64,000 nt of DNA from Lama glama (lineage: Eukaryota): contig CM052816.1 of the NCBI GenBank assembly GCA_028534125.1, forward strand, positions 56,670,001 through 56,734,000, in the 5' to 3' direction. Under the pieces are notes generated by a model, which saw nothing but the letters and a program-made list of their open reading frames with translations, was not told the DNA's origin and ran no database searches. Of the stretch, positions 1-12,249 are shown one piece after another (positions within the stretch are counted from its first letter, which is position 1; every line of letters starts with the position of its first letter). The translations under genes and the position numbers were made by a program.

Positions 1-3000
1 GCTGGCTCTCTCATTCAGAGTGATGCCCACCACTCCTGTGTTCCTGTGTGCCCACTTCCTCAAATCTTTTCCTAGGGGCTTTACTGATGAGGAATAAATC
101 TCTCTTCACTTTTTAAAGTTCTTTATCTCTGTGATCCCCGCAAGCTTGGCACCATTAAGTTTCCCACTCCTGAGAAAAAGCAGCATTCTTTTCCACACTT
201 ATATAACCCTTCCATCCAGTCCTTTTGTTTGTTATGTATGTGTTAAAAGAGGAAAGCAGATTGTTCTCTCATCTCCTTGGCTTAAGGGTTTCCTAGAATT
301 TATAAGCAAGCTGTCCTAAAAGAATAAAAAGGGGCTGGGGCAGGACAGAGGGAAGGATCCTTCAAAAAGAAAACAAAAAGCCCCTCGCTTGTGACGACCA
401 CATCTTCCCCTTCTCTGTGTGGCTTGCTGAGGCAACGGCGGAGCCTCATTCAAGACCATCCCTTGCACAGGATGCCTCTGCGGTTCCCGCCTGTACAAAG
501 GTGTGCAGACGAGTGTGTAAGTTAACCTGAGAAGGTCCCTCAGTATTCCCAGACTTCAGTGGGTTTGGAAACTGTTTTGCCCAGAGCACGAAGGATGCTG
601 AGAAAGAAAGAGAAAAAAAAAAAAAGACTCAAAACACTAGTTCACCTTCTCAAAGAAAACTCACCACCTGAGAGGGCGCCCCTCTTCTGGCTGGTCAGTG
701 AGCTTGTGTTTTTAAAGGCACAGCGCTCATCTTCCAGAAGAACAGAGCGTCCCTGGTCCTCTAATGACCTCTCCCTTTGGAAACTCTTATTTATGGTCTG
801 ATGTGTTGAAACAATAAACATGGGTGCCTGCGTCTGGGGCCGGGGGAGGCGGAGAGAGGGGCTTCCCAGCTTTGTGTGAGATGTGAAAATGAGGTGGCAG
901 CTTTCGCAGACCGACTCGGGGCCCTTTTCCTCTTGCCAGGGTGCCAGTGCCAGCTGAGGCCCGACACCTTGTTTTATTGTGTGCAGACAGGAAAGAGATC
1001 TCTCAATTATCTTCAAATTAACTGCCTCTTGCCATTATCTGTTCCCGGAGGACCAATCAGAGCATGTGTTTGCAAAAGCCGGGAGGCAGCCTCCCACTTC
1101 AGCCCCTCTCTGGGACCCCCTCCCACCCAGCCCTCCCCGCCACGCGCCCAGCCAAAGTCATCTGTGGCTGCCATTTTTCTCGTGGCCAACTTTAATGCTT
1201 TAATTAGGAGGCATCTGCGTGCCCACCCTTCACAAACACCATATGGTGCTCGGGACGAAGTATGTTTCATTTTCATGAAGGCAAAGCCTGAGGAGAGGGC
1301 AGTGTTTTGAATATCAATTGTTGTTCCCACGTTGGAGGAAGAATCAATCCGCCTGCCCTAAAAGGGGCGACAGGGGTTCAAAGGAGGAAGGGCTTGTTCT
1401 CCACCTGGCAAAACCTGGGAGAAAAGATGTCCCGTGTTAGAATAAATCAGAAGTCTCCTTTCAAGGCTCAGAAATTGAAAGCCCTTTAGAAGTTACAGTC
1501 CCAGAATCCTCCAGTCTAAAGGTTTAAGCTGAAAGAGGTCCTGTTCTGACATTTCAGCATCTCTCGCACATTGAATCTGGAAAAGCTGGGACCACATCTT
1601 AGAGTGTTGAAAGGCGCCCACTTACCCCAGCGGTCTGCCTGCCCTGCCCTGCCCTGCTCAGGAGAATGGCTCTTTAAGGGTGTCCTGAGTGGGGAAAAGC
1701 AACTACTTTTCTTCTCTGACAGCCACAGACTGACTAGGGAAACATGGCCCGATGGGACATGGCCTTGGGTTTGTTTTCCTTCCAAATAATGTGTCCTTGA
1801 AATAACAAATCTAAGCTTTCCAAAAGTCTCATTTCTCTAAGATTCAAGAGCTTAAATGAGGCCACACTTCGAGATCTCTCCTCCAGTGAGAAACTGAGGG
1901 AGATACAGGCCAAATTCCAACATGAGCCTTTTCCTGCCTGTATGCAAATCTCTCAACATGCAAATGATTAAATAATTAAACCATTCTGGTGTTTCAATAA
2001 GCCATTGATATTTTTCTTCCTTGCCCGGGTCAGCTACCATTCTTTTGTCGAAGGCAACAGGAAAGGGTTAGCCGAATCCCTCCGGAGGGTGAGGGATTGG
2101 ACCGGGAAGGGCTGTAATTACTCATTTTCGTTTTAAAATAAATAAAGCACTGGATGCTAGACAGGGAACACCGGCCCCCTGTTCCCCAATGAGGGGACTG
2201 GTTTCTTTCTTCCTCATCACCAGGGTCCCTGTTCCTCACTCCAGCCCGGGTGTCACTCACCTCAGGTTCCTCTTAGACCCCACGACATAATTATGAGCTA
2301 CCACATGTGGCTTCTGAGACACAACTTTAATTATCCAAACTCAGGGCACACAACGGACTCTGAATTGACTGCACAAAAGCCTAGTAGAAAGCGATCCCCT
2401 GTGGTCAACTGGAATTACTGTCAGGGGCGATGGTGGCTGTGGAATTATCCCGGCAGTGTCTCCCCGGCCTTCTGTGCTGGAGTCATATGAATGATGATTT
2501 GTGCCATCATCTCATTTCCTTTAATGGTGTGACAGCTAAACTCAAGGAGAGGCTGCCTGGCGCTGGCCCAAAACGCAGTTCAGAAGGCAACAGCAGATGT
2601 GCCAACAGTGCACATCCAGCCACTCCTGCCGCGATAGCCTCCATCTTTACACCCAGCGAGCCTGGAGCTGGGGACCAAGGGCTGCGCCACTCACAGAGGA
2701 GCCCCTGAGGCACCCAGCCAGAGCAGCACAAGACTCCTGGAAGTGGAAATGAATAGGAACCACCCAGCACAGTGGCTCAGTGCATCTTTTCCTAAGAAGG
2801 TTTTCAGAGAAGCATCAGAGGGCCTCTGCCGCAGTGGAGAGTCTTGAAATGCACGACATGAATGTGACGATCGTGGCCTTTTTGCTCTATCACTAAGAAC
2901 ACTTTGCCCCCACGAGATGCTCCTGTTTTATCCTTCGGACTCTGTGAGTAGTCCATCATGCAATTCAGCACGGATTTTTCACTTCTCAAAAATGTGACGT

Positions 3001-3832
3001 CGGCTGTTCAGCTTCTGTCCAGAAACCTCAGGTCGACATCATCACATAACTTTTTAATGTGACATATAAAGTTAAGGCATTAAGTTGGAAACCAACTACT
3101 GTTTTAATTGCTTGTTTAACAAAACGGCTTTAATGGCCTTCCTCACCTTTTATTGGCAGGGCAGAGATGGTGATTTAACCAGAGCCCAGACTCCTGCGTT
3201 ACAAATATAGGAAAATTCTGACTTGCCGTCACAGAACTTAGTGATAAATTATATCACACGTTATAGCAAATTCCTTTCTCTTTCCCCCACTTCCAACCTT
3301 CTCCTTAGACCTATCGTGTTTTAGAAGATGTGCTTGAGGAAGCCTATCTTACAGCCCCCACGCCAAGCCAGCTTCTCATGTGTTGTCTGCATCTGTGATC
3401 AGTTTCAAATGAACAAACCCTGGTGTTGAAGGACCCATATAATGTGGGCCTGGCGTGTGAATCTGGTTTATTTTCCCTCCCTGATCTACGCATGCCACAT
3501 AAGCTATCCAAACTCAGGTCCTCAAAATGTTCATGATTTTCCCCTCGCTGTGTGTTCGCTCTGCTCTCTTAGGCTGGAATTCCTCATTTAGTGCCTCTCC
3601 CATCCCCGATCATGACACCCTGCCCACCCTCTGGACAGTCACAGGTACTACGTGTTTCTGCTTATGTTTCCAGGAGCTGTCAGTGCTTTCTTTTAGCAGG
3701 TTCACCTCTGATGGTCCATCCTTCATTCCACCATGCATGGTGGTCTCTGTGTGCTTCTTCCTCCCTGCCTCTTTCCAGAAGGCAGTCTCCTTAAGAGCAG
3801 TGATCAGGAATTACTCACCTATTAACTTGTAT

Positions 3833-4022
3833 ATTCATTCATTCAACCATCTACCCATCCAGCAGTTATTTGTCTATTATTGATTCAGTAAGACGACTGA
3901 GCATCGACCAGACATTGAGGAATATTTCTGGCATTGCGGACCTAAGGATGAGAGAGATTAAATAAGACACAGTTCCCCCAGTCCCTGTCATCAGGGAGCT
4001 TTGAGTCTAATAGAGAAACAGC
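3833..4022 (-). mobile_element. L2 LINE 3' fragment
   Basis: attcattcattc tail followed by the L2-like ataagacacagt...ccctgtcatcagggagctt..gtcta motif. Confidence 0.6.
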
Positions 4023-4702
4023 CTGTGTATCAGTGTTCCCATAGGAGTGGCCCTCGGACCACACAGAGAGCAGAGCCAAATACATGGCAGTTGCTCAAAT
4101 TGTATTGGTTGAATTTAAAGTCAGTCCTGAATTGAGTAAACCCAATTCCCTCTGAATTCATTTTAGAGTACGAAGAGCTTTACCTAAATGTGCTGAGCTG
4201 GTGTTGTCTATGAAAATTCCTAAATTATTCATCTTTAGAGATATATAGCTCCCTTTCAATAATTCAAATGGAGAAGGAGCCAATTTTCTTCATGCATAAA
4301 ACCTTCAGAGATTCTTTCTGAAAGCACATGAGTTAGCACAGGTTGGGGGAAGGGCCAAGAAGGAGGGAGAGGAAGCTGGAATAATTCCTTCTTGAACACA
4401 TGAGTCCTTACTTCTTTCAGCTGGTAGCTGAGTGTCTACCAGTGCCAGGTGATGCAGCACGGAAGGCGCTAGAGGTCTGTCCTCCAGTGGGAACGCTAAC
4501 CGCTGGCATAAAATCGGGAAGGTTCCATAAAGCAACTTGGTCTGATCTGACTTGAATGATGCAAGTTCATGGGCATGTCTGTACTGGGAAGCTAAGTCCT
4601 CCTTCATCCCTATCTCTCTTCTCTCCAAAATGGGAGTTTTTTTCAAATTAAGACCAAAAGTTGCTTTGATATTTCAATTTTTACACAGTTCTTCCTGCTG
4701 AG

Positions 4703-4733
4703 TTTTGTTTGTTTGTTTGTTTTTGTTTGTTCT
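4703..4733. repeat. (TTTG)n microsatellite
   Basis: ttttgtttgtttgtttgtttttgtttgtt. Confidence 0.85.
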
Positions 4734-4763
4734 TTAAAGTGCCTGCAAAGTCTGGGGTTTAAC

Positions 4764-4916
4764 TAATAGTAAAGTGCCAGTGTTGATTTCTTAGTTTTGC
4801 TGAGTGTACCATGGTTATTACGGGGAAATTGGGTGAGGGTATACGGGAACTCTCTGTAGTATCTTTGCAACTTTTTGGTAAACCTAAAATGATTCCAAAA
4901 TAAAAATATATTTAAA
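4764..4916 (+). mobile_element. Old L1 (L1MC/MD/ME-type) 3' end
   Basis: gggtgagggtatacgggaactctctgtagtatctttgcaacttttt...aaaataaaaa, a typical L1M 3' terminus. Confidence 0.8.
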
Positions 4917-4965
4917 CAATTGATGACATAAAAATTCATCATAGAATATGAATAAGAAATGTACA

Positions 4966-5406
4966 TGTTAAGGGAAGTCAAGGAGAATTTGAACACAAAT
5001 TTTTTCTCTGCCCTTTGGCCTCCACTCTGCACTGAGTGTCTGAATTATGCATCGACCAAACCGCCCCCATCGGCAGGAATCCGTGCTCAACCACCAAGAG
5101 CAACGGTCCTCCTGGCATCAGCAAGATAATTCCTCAGGATGTAACCTTCCCGCTTAATCTTGTAAGGGATCACGATGACCCACGCTTTGTACGTGTAACC
5201 TGGATTGTTTAAACTGTCAATAATATGTCATTGAATGCACAGCCCTCTATCTTAAAAACCTTAAATAACTGTGCTTTGACCTCGAACAGGCAGGACAGTT
5301 CTCGGAGCTTTCTGAGAGGCTGTTCCTGGGTTATAATCCTCAATTTGGCTCAAATAAAATTTTCCGTTTCTCTCTTAGATCGACTGATTAATTCTTTTCG
5401 TCCACA
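4966..5406 (+). mobile_element. ERV1-class solo LTR
   Basis: Starts TGTT and ends ...tcgtccACA. TATA-like ttaaataa, AATAAA near 5353, and the R/U5-like tctgagaggctgttcctggg..tcctcaatttggctcaaataaa. TSD not clean. Confidence 0.75.
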
Positions 5407-6129
5407 CAGGAATCCACAAATACGCCTTCCTTAAAGCAATCAGTAAGAAACAGGAATGTCCTTTGGAAGCAGAAACCAACTACCTCCCCCTCGCCCATAT
5501 CAGCCTCCATTCAGGCTCCCACGCATCCTTTTCTCAAGCTGACAGGAGGATGCAAAGCGCGGACCCACTCACCCCATCTGTACCTCTTGAGCTCTTGAAT
5601 TCTCCGAATGCAATTATAGGTCCGAGTCTTCTCGACCGGGTTGGACGAGGTGGACCCAGTGACGTTTTGCCTCGAGGCGCTACTGGTGACAGAGGCTATC
5701 CCTGGGGTTCTGACCAAAGCTCTGTCATTAGCCAGCTACCATTGTTTTGTTAATCTAATGAATGGTTCCATGGGAAATAACAGAGTAAAGGCTTATTAAA
5801 GGTGAAGGCTTCATCCATTAAAATGCTCTTTGTCCTTAATGACGGTCAGTGGAAGACGGATGGTAGGAGGAAATCTCGCTTTATGCTCACCCACATGTCT
5901 TAATTAATCCCCACGTCAAGCAAATCGTTGGACTGGATTTGTGTTTGCTTTTATTCTTTAAAAACCGTTGGAGAGGGGATTACTGAAACAATCTTAGTAT
6001 GTTTTGCTGTTAGGGAGTGGCCTGTAACACACAGCATTCTCCAAAGCATTTGAGTTTATTTTCTGAGATAAAATATTCCCACGTATATATTTCTCTTTAA
6101 TCTCTAATCTCACTAAAATGTTTAGATTT

Positions 6130-6305
6130 CCAGTGTAACAATAGTAAGCACTAGTCACATGTGGTTATTAAGTGCTTAAAAAGTGGCTAGTATGAATTGA
6201 GATGTGCTGTATGTGTAAAATGCACACACTAGATTTCAAAGACTTGGTACAAAAATGTAAAATAGCTCATTGATAATTTTTATATTGATTACATGTATGT
6301 GAAAG
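6130..6305. mobile_element. MER33-like hAT-Charlie DNA transposon fragment
   Basis: cactagtcacatgtggttattaagtgcttaaaaagtggctagtatgaattgagatgtgctgtatgtgtaaaa...gatttcaaagacttggtac. Confidence 0.8.
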
Positions 6306-6310
6306 GGTGA

Positions 6311-6785
6311 TTTTTTTTTTAAGTAATGTATTTTGGGGGGAGCAGTTTTAGGTTTACAGAAAATTTGAGAGGAAAGTACAGAGTTCCCATTGTCTTCTTT
6401 TGAAAATTGGCTATTCAGGGCCTCTGCCCATTTTTTAAATCCACTTTTTTTTTTTTTGAGGTTGAGTTGTATGAATTCTTTGTATATTTTGGATATTAAC
6501 CTCTTGTTGGAGATACAGTTTGCAAATATCTCTTCCCATTCAGGAGGCTGCTTTTTTGTTTTGTTGATGGTTTCCTTTGCTGTTTTGATGCAGTCCCGTT
6601 TGTTTATTTTTGCTTTTGTTTCCCTTGCCTGAGGAGACAGATTCTGAAAAATACTGCTAAGACCGATGTCAAAGAGTATACTGCTTGTATTTCCTTCGAG
6701 GAGTTTCATGGCTTCAGGTCTTACATTGAAGCCTTTAATCCATTTGGAGTTTATTTTTGTGTATGGTGTGAGAAAGTGGTCTAGT
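6311..6785 (-). mobile_element. L1 composite: L1M 3' end (6311-6390) joined to an ORF2 C-terminal fragment (6391-6785)
   Basis: Minus-strand ORF contains [17 protein letters not shown]...[22 protein letters not shown]...LISKIYKE...[15 protein letters not shown], clearly L1 ORF2. It is joined to a poly-T plus gcagttttaggtttacagaaaa..gtacagagttccca 3' end. Confidence 0.9.
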
Positions 6786-7519
6786 CTGATAGAGCTAGAG
6801 GTAAACCCAGGCAATGCCGTTGTACAGTCAGAGGGAGGCGGCTTCAAGCAATTTAAAAACGGACTTAGGAAGGTTGGTAATACCACCCTCAGCCAGCAGT
6901 AAAAGTATAGAAAGGGTGAAACTGGCTGCGGTGTCTCCTTCCAACTAGAGCACTGGTCCCTAGAAACAAAAGGCCACGTTCCTGCCTTTCCATCCACGAT
7001 TGTACTTCTGGGAAGATGGTAAGATGAGCATTAAATTATTTTAATTTAGATAACAATGTGTCCGACGCATCCAGATGTTGCGGGCACGTTGTGGCTGGGA
7101 CCCCTGAACATGGAGGCCCCGTGCTCTGGGGTGAGAACAGATAGTCTCCACCCCTGCTTGTGCTCAGAGTGCTAATTGGCCAGATCAGCCTGGGGAACTC
7201 AAACCCTCACCAGCCATCCTGACAGGGGAGCACCAGGGCACTGTTCTCCAGGGAGCATTACAGCTTTCCTTTCCTTACAGCCATAGGTGAGTGCTTCCTC
7301 AGTACCTGACACCTTGGAGGAACATCTGGGAAAAGCCAATGAAAACAGACACACGGTATTACAGAAATGTCCCCCTTTTTTTATCTTAAAGAGTTATAGG
7401 GGAAAATGTGGGTAGTGGTTGAGGACAGAGGAGACTGAGGGAGAACCAGGATGAGTCAGGCAAGGAGCACCAAGGGGAAGCGGGAAAACACTTGGCTGGT
7501 GGCAAAGGTGACTGTGATT

Positions 7520-7630
7520 CTAGCTCCGACTCTGATAGAACTAGAGAATACTCATTGTTGTATGACCTCAAACAAATCACCTCACCTCAGGACTTCAGTT
7601 TGTTTGTTCATCATTAAAGGAAGGAGCTAA
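7520..7630 (+). mobile_element. MIR fragment
   Basis: tgtatgacctcaaacaaatcacctcacctcaggacttcagttt, similar to the MIR core. Confidence 0.55.
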
Positions 7631-8675
7631 TTTCACCCCTAGAGTTTATCAAACAAAATATATTGGTATATTAAATGATATTGTAAACATATTTCCATTT
7701 CATTTTAAAAAGGCAAGCACATAAATTGAGCTCAACTCTACCAACCCCTCTCTCTCCCCGAATGGGACACGGAGCAAGGTGTTGCCAGGGAAACTCACTG
7801 GAGGTTTAGAACAAGTAGCGCACACATGTTTACACTTCAGCCACGTGTCGTAAGACATTTACACAGTGATTGGTTGGTTGGTTCAGGCTTCTAAACTGTA
7901 GAAATGGTTTCCTTCTTGTTCTTAAGCTATAGTGTGAAGTGGCCTCCTGAGTGATTCTGGGCCTCTAAGAGCTTGACTTATCATTCTCAACACCAGCTTT
8001 CAAAAATTCCTTTCTCCAGTTAGCAATTAAATTTTATACTATGCATCCTTGATGAGACATTTTCTTTTCACAGCTGAATCCTACTGATCATGGAACACAG
8101 GAAAAATTTTATTTGTCATAAGATCTGAAATAAAAATGCAAGGCAGCTGTCTCAAACGCTTAAAACTTTGCTTGTAAGTGGCATTTACACAATAGTTTTT
8201 TCCTGTCTACATAATTTTCCAACATGTATTTTCTGGAGCGTGTACGTTTCTAGAACTCACGGGAGTAAAGACAAGTTTGGGGAACACCTAACACAAAGCA
8301 CTGCACCTGACTTGTACGGGGTATTCAGTTCTTTCACCAAGTGCCACTATGTGCAGATGCTTGCATCCTTCTAATTTTAGACCTGTCTACTTTTGAATTG
8401 TAAGCCCTCTGGGCATCAACCGTGACTAACTGTATGTTTTGAAGCATGCTTAGCGCATGGCTGGTGCTCAATAAATGTTAAATAATTGAAAATGTTAACA
8501 ATAATTGTATTTGTAAGCACATCGGGCAAGACTGTTCCTAAATGTGTTTCAGTGGAGAGCCGAGTGTGTTGTCGGCAGGCAGACAGCATGCAATGGCAAT
8601 AACACCAAATGGTCCTCTTGTTTGTTCCAGAAAAAAACGGGGAGTTTAGTGGCACTTGAACTGATTTTAAGGTCG

Positions 8676-8770
8676 GTGGTAAGCAGAATACTGTCTCTCA
8701 AAATGTTCAGGCCCTAATCCCTGGTAAAGAGGTTACATGGCAAAGGAGACCCTCCAGGGTTACTAAGACC
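8676..8770 (+). mobile_element. MLT1 (ERVL-MaLR) LTR 5' fragment
   Basis: tggtaagcagaata...aaatgttcaggccctaatccctgg...gttacatggcaaaggagac. Confidence 0.6.
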
Positions 8771-9146
8771 ACCATATACGGGCGGTAGGAGCCTAGAAGG
8801 GAACGTGGACAGTTGTTTGTCCAGTAAAATTGTGAATTTTTCTTTTTTTTTGAAATACCCTTTAATGCTATCCTAATAATTTTAATGATATTTCTTTTAA
8901 AGAAAGAAAGGAAAGAAAAACTCATTTTTATAAACAAACATATAAGCCAGTGATTTACAGACACATATGTGTTTTCCAAGGGCTATATGTGATCACATAG
9001 AGTTTGGGGATTTTTTTCCTCCAGATCCTCAACTTCTGCCTGTACTTTTTCCTAAAATGAACCTGGTCTGAGAATAACATGCCTGTGTCCCCAAAAGCCC
9101 TTCTCTGGTGTACAAAGAAGAAAAGCAATTATATCCTTGGTAAGGG

Positions 9147-9333
9147 CCACATATCAGCGATTCTAAGACACCATTTGCTTTCACATTTTCTTGTCTCTGA
9201 AATTGGGGTGTGACTTACAATGATGGCAGGTCACAGCATGACTATTGTTTCTTAGCTTCACATCAATAATGCAGGAAGTGTGATGCATAATATCCTGCAA
9301 TCAATGCACATACGTAGATTCTATGATATATGA
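9147..9333. mobile_element. MER104-like TcMar-Tc2 MITE
   Basis: gattctaagacaccatttgctttcacatttt..tctctgaaattggggtgtgacttacaatgatggc, with a degenerate inverted terminus tagattctatgatata. Confidence 0.6.
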
Positions 9334-10734
9334 TATTTAAACTGAAAACAAAAATTGTAGATGTCAATTTGAAAGTGTGTGGGGATATATGTAGTTTTTC
9401 AAAATTCCCCAGCTACACAGGGAAAACACATTTGCAGACCACTGATGTTGATCATTTCTTGCTGAAGTTCAGCGCTTTGATCACACAGCAGAGAGGGTTG
9501 CCCAAGGCAGAGGGGACGGGTTCAGCTGGTCAGGGAGGGGGCTGGAATGGGGGGGGGTGACCGTGTAAGAATCTGGAGCTCTCGGCAGATCAAGCGCAGC
9601 TGCACAGACTGGTCTCAGGAAATGAAGTCATTTCCCCCGGCCTCTCACCATTGCTCACGGGCCACCAAGTTTCTCCTTTCCAGTTTTCTATCTTATCTGC
9701 CCCTTTTTCCTGCTTCTCTTGGCAGAAAAGCTTTCTTTATTTACTGGAGTCCTATTCCAGGCCTGACACCTCGGCCTGGGGCACTGTCTCTGCCTCCCTC
9801 TGCCAGGTTAGTGTCAGAACAAATCAGGTGACACACAAGGTGGAGGATAACTCAGTCAGTCACATAGCAAACCAAAACAAGAGTCCACTTCCTTAAAACA
9901 AAGTCATTCTTCAAAATCCACTTACAGACGTGTGTTTGACTAGCTTGATGAAGCTCACTGACGACTTCTTTTCGCCTATGCGAGCATTAGTCTAGCTGTC
10001 CCCTAACTCTGTCACAGTTATTGGAGTTTTGACTGAAACAAGGAAAAGCCATGGCCAATTCTTGGCCTAAAATACAACTGCATGATAAACTATATTTTTG
10101 CTCTGCCCTTCCTGGTAGCTAATTCTTTGCTTATTGCCTCCAAATGAATGTTCAGGGGCTCACAGTATAAGAATTTTAACTTTTCAAAGGCAAACCCCAA
10201 AGGCAGGGACGAATCTTCCAAAAATCTATTGGTTAACATGGGTGTGCTGTGGGAGGTGGGCCAATGACAGGCAGATCCTGTTAGACATTTTTCAGCACCA
10301 AGAAGCCGTCTTGTCATAGCCCATTATCAAAGCAGACATAACATGACGTCCTTGAAGGGAAGAGCGCAAACCGTTGGAGCTCAGGCTATTCAGAGCGTGT
10401 CTTGAGTTTCACTTACATGATTGTCTTGTTTTAGTTCATTCAATCTTGCGTTCACTCAGCTCACAGTATACCTCCTCAGCTGCCACTGAGAGATGCTTCA
10501 CCAATAAAAGCAGGATGGGAATTCGGACACTAGCTTTAAACGTAAAATCAGAGGCTGACTGGGCCCATTTGTTAGAAAGAGCCAGAGGAGAGGCAGCTCC
10601 TGACCTGCTGGGCTTTCTCTGAACCTACAATTTAATGCAACTGCCTTAAAGTGGGGAGGGGCCCACGTGTACCCAGGCTGGCTGCCTGCCAGACACCACG
10701 TGAGGGTCTTCATCTGTGTCATCCCAGCGAACGT

Positions 10735-10870
10735 CCCCCTCTCAGCAACCCTTTGAGGGAGGCCTTATTCACACATTCCTGATGGGGAAACTGAGGCTGC
10801 GAGGTTAATAAACAGCTGGGCAGGGGGGTCACGTAGCTAAAAGTGACCTCGGTTGGAGTCAAATGCCATC
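10735..10870 (-). mobile_element. MIR SINE
   Basis: ctcagcaaccctttgagg...gatggggaaactgaggct..gaggttaa. Confidence 0.7.
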
Positions 10871-11554
10871 CTGAACAACTCTCTAAACCACATCCCCCGA
10901 CACTGCACCATGAGACTTCCTACCATACAACCCAAGTGGGCTGCACAGAGTGAAAAAGAAGCTAAGATCACTCATCAGGGCATCCTCGAACCTGCTCAGC
11001 TGAGCTGCATCTCCCAGCTGGTCCCCCTGCTCCAGGCCTGGGTTCACAAGCCCGCGTGGAACACAGCTGCTGGAGCACTCCTCCCCAAGTGCCACTGTCA
11101 TTGTGTTACTCCCCTGCTAAGACCCCATCATCTCCGTGATACTATTCTGGAACCTTCCCCCACAGAGGAGAGCAAAGAGACTGAGGAGGCTTGAGAGAGG
11201 ATCGTTGGGAGGACAAGGCTCTGTGGGAGGTCAAGAAGGGTCAGGTCAAAGGCACAAGAGGGAAATTGACCTGAGAAAGGAGAAAGGAACCTCCTTCCTC
11301 TGAGATACGAAGGAAAGATGAGACGACACATTCAGAAAAGACCCAGAGGCTGAGTGCTCTTAGAAGGGCATCTCATAGAAGAGATGGTGCATGTGGAAAC
11401 CTTTTCAAAGAGATCCTTCACAAATGTGGAATCTTTGGGGATCTGCCAAGAGTCATAAAAGGAAATCTGGCTCAAGAGATGACAGTAACATTGTATAACC
11501 AGAGAATACTCGGCACGCTGGGTTCCTGTGTGGCCAAAACACGGTCACATGGAG

Positions 11555-11991
11555 GACACCGTGATACACCACTCAGCTCTCCCTGAGACTGAAGACCTAT
11601 TGTCCCAGCTTCTGGGAGTCTGTCAGTGGACAGCCTTCAGCTGTCTGCCCACCCCTCTAGGGAAAGCCTCACTGCGATGAGTCATTTCACTCAAGACCTT
11701 GCCCCTTCTCCCGCAGCCCCTATCTACTGGCCGAGTCATCATGGCTTATGAAGACCTGATCATCTGGCTCCACTCAGAGCAACCAGGAGGGCCACCCCAG
11801 CTCAAGAGCTGCCCGTGGGGAAGGCCACAGCTCTCACTGGCCCTGCATCACATCTTGTCTTCAGACCCTCATCCCCACCTGCGGCCGGCCCCTCCTTACC
11901 ACAGGTGCAGATGTCAAGGACACCCCTTAGTCAATATCCTGGCCACTGAACACAATCTCAGGGCTCCTCCTGCAGCAATCCAACCTGCAGT
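11555..11991 (+). mobile_element. LTR16-family ERVL solo LTR
   Basis: gggccaccccagctcaagagctgcccgtgggg...ctgcatcaca...cacaggtg.agat...aatctcagggct, resembling the LTR16 consensus. Confidence 0.75.
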
Positions 11992-12249
11992 GGTACTTTC
12001 ACAAGCAAGGAGCCAAGAGCAAAATAGAAAACCGGCAACCCTTCTGCCTTGTCCCCAGTGTGTTCAGACTATCACAAAAGATCACAAAATCGCTCACCTT
12101 GGGGCTTGGCAAACACTTGAGCAGGTCTGTTGGTTAGCTGCATTATTACCAAAAGAGCCTCCCACGCTACAATGTTCTTATTTTCAAAGACTCACGGTCA
12201 TTTATTCTTATTCGTAACACTATGTGAGGTCAGGCAGTTTCATCCTTAC

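Noticed and set aside
662..690. CTCF-like motif around gagagggcgcccctcttctgg
   Set aside because: Only the 3' core matches in either orientation. It cannot be supported without PWM scoring or ChIP data.
1740..1764. Two p53-like half-sites (aaacatggcc, ggacatggcc)
   Set aside because: Each has a mismatch and there is a 5-bp spacer, too weak to call.
6236..6997. 253-aa minus-strand ORF as a gene
   Set aside because: Its core is an L1 ORF2 fragment, and the ends read through unique DNA, an L1 3'UTR and MER33.
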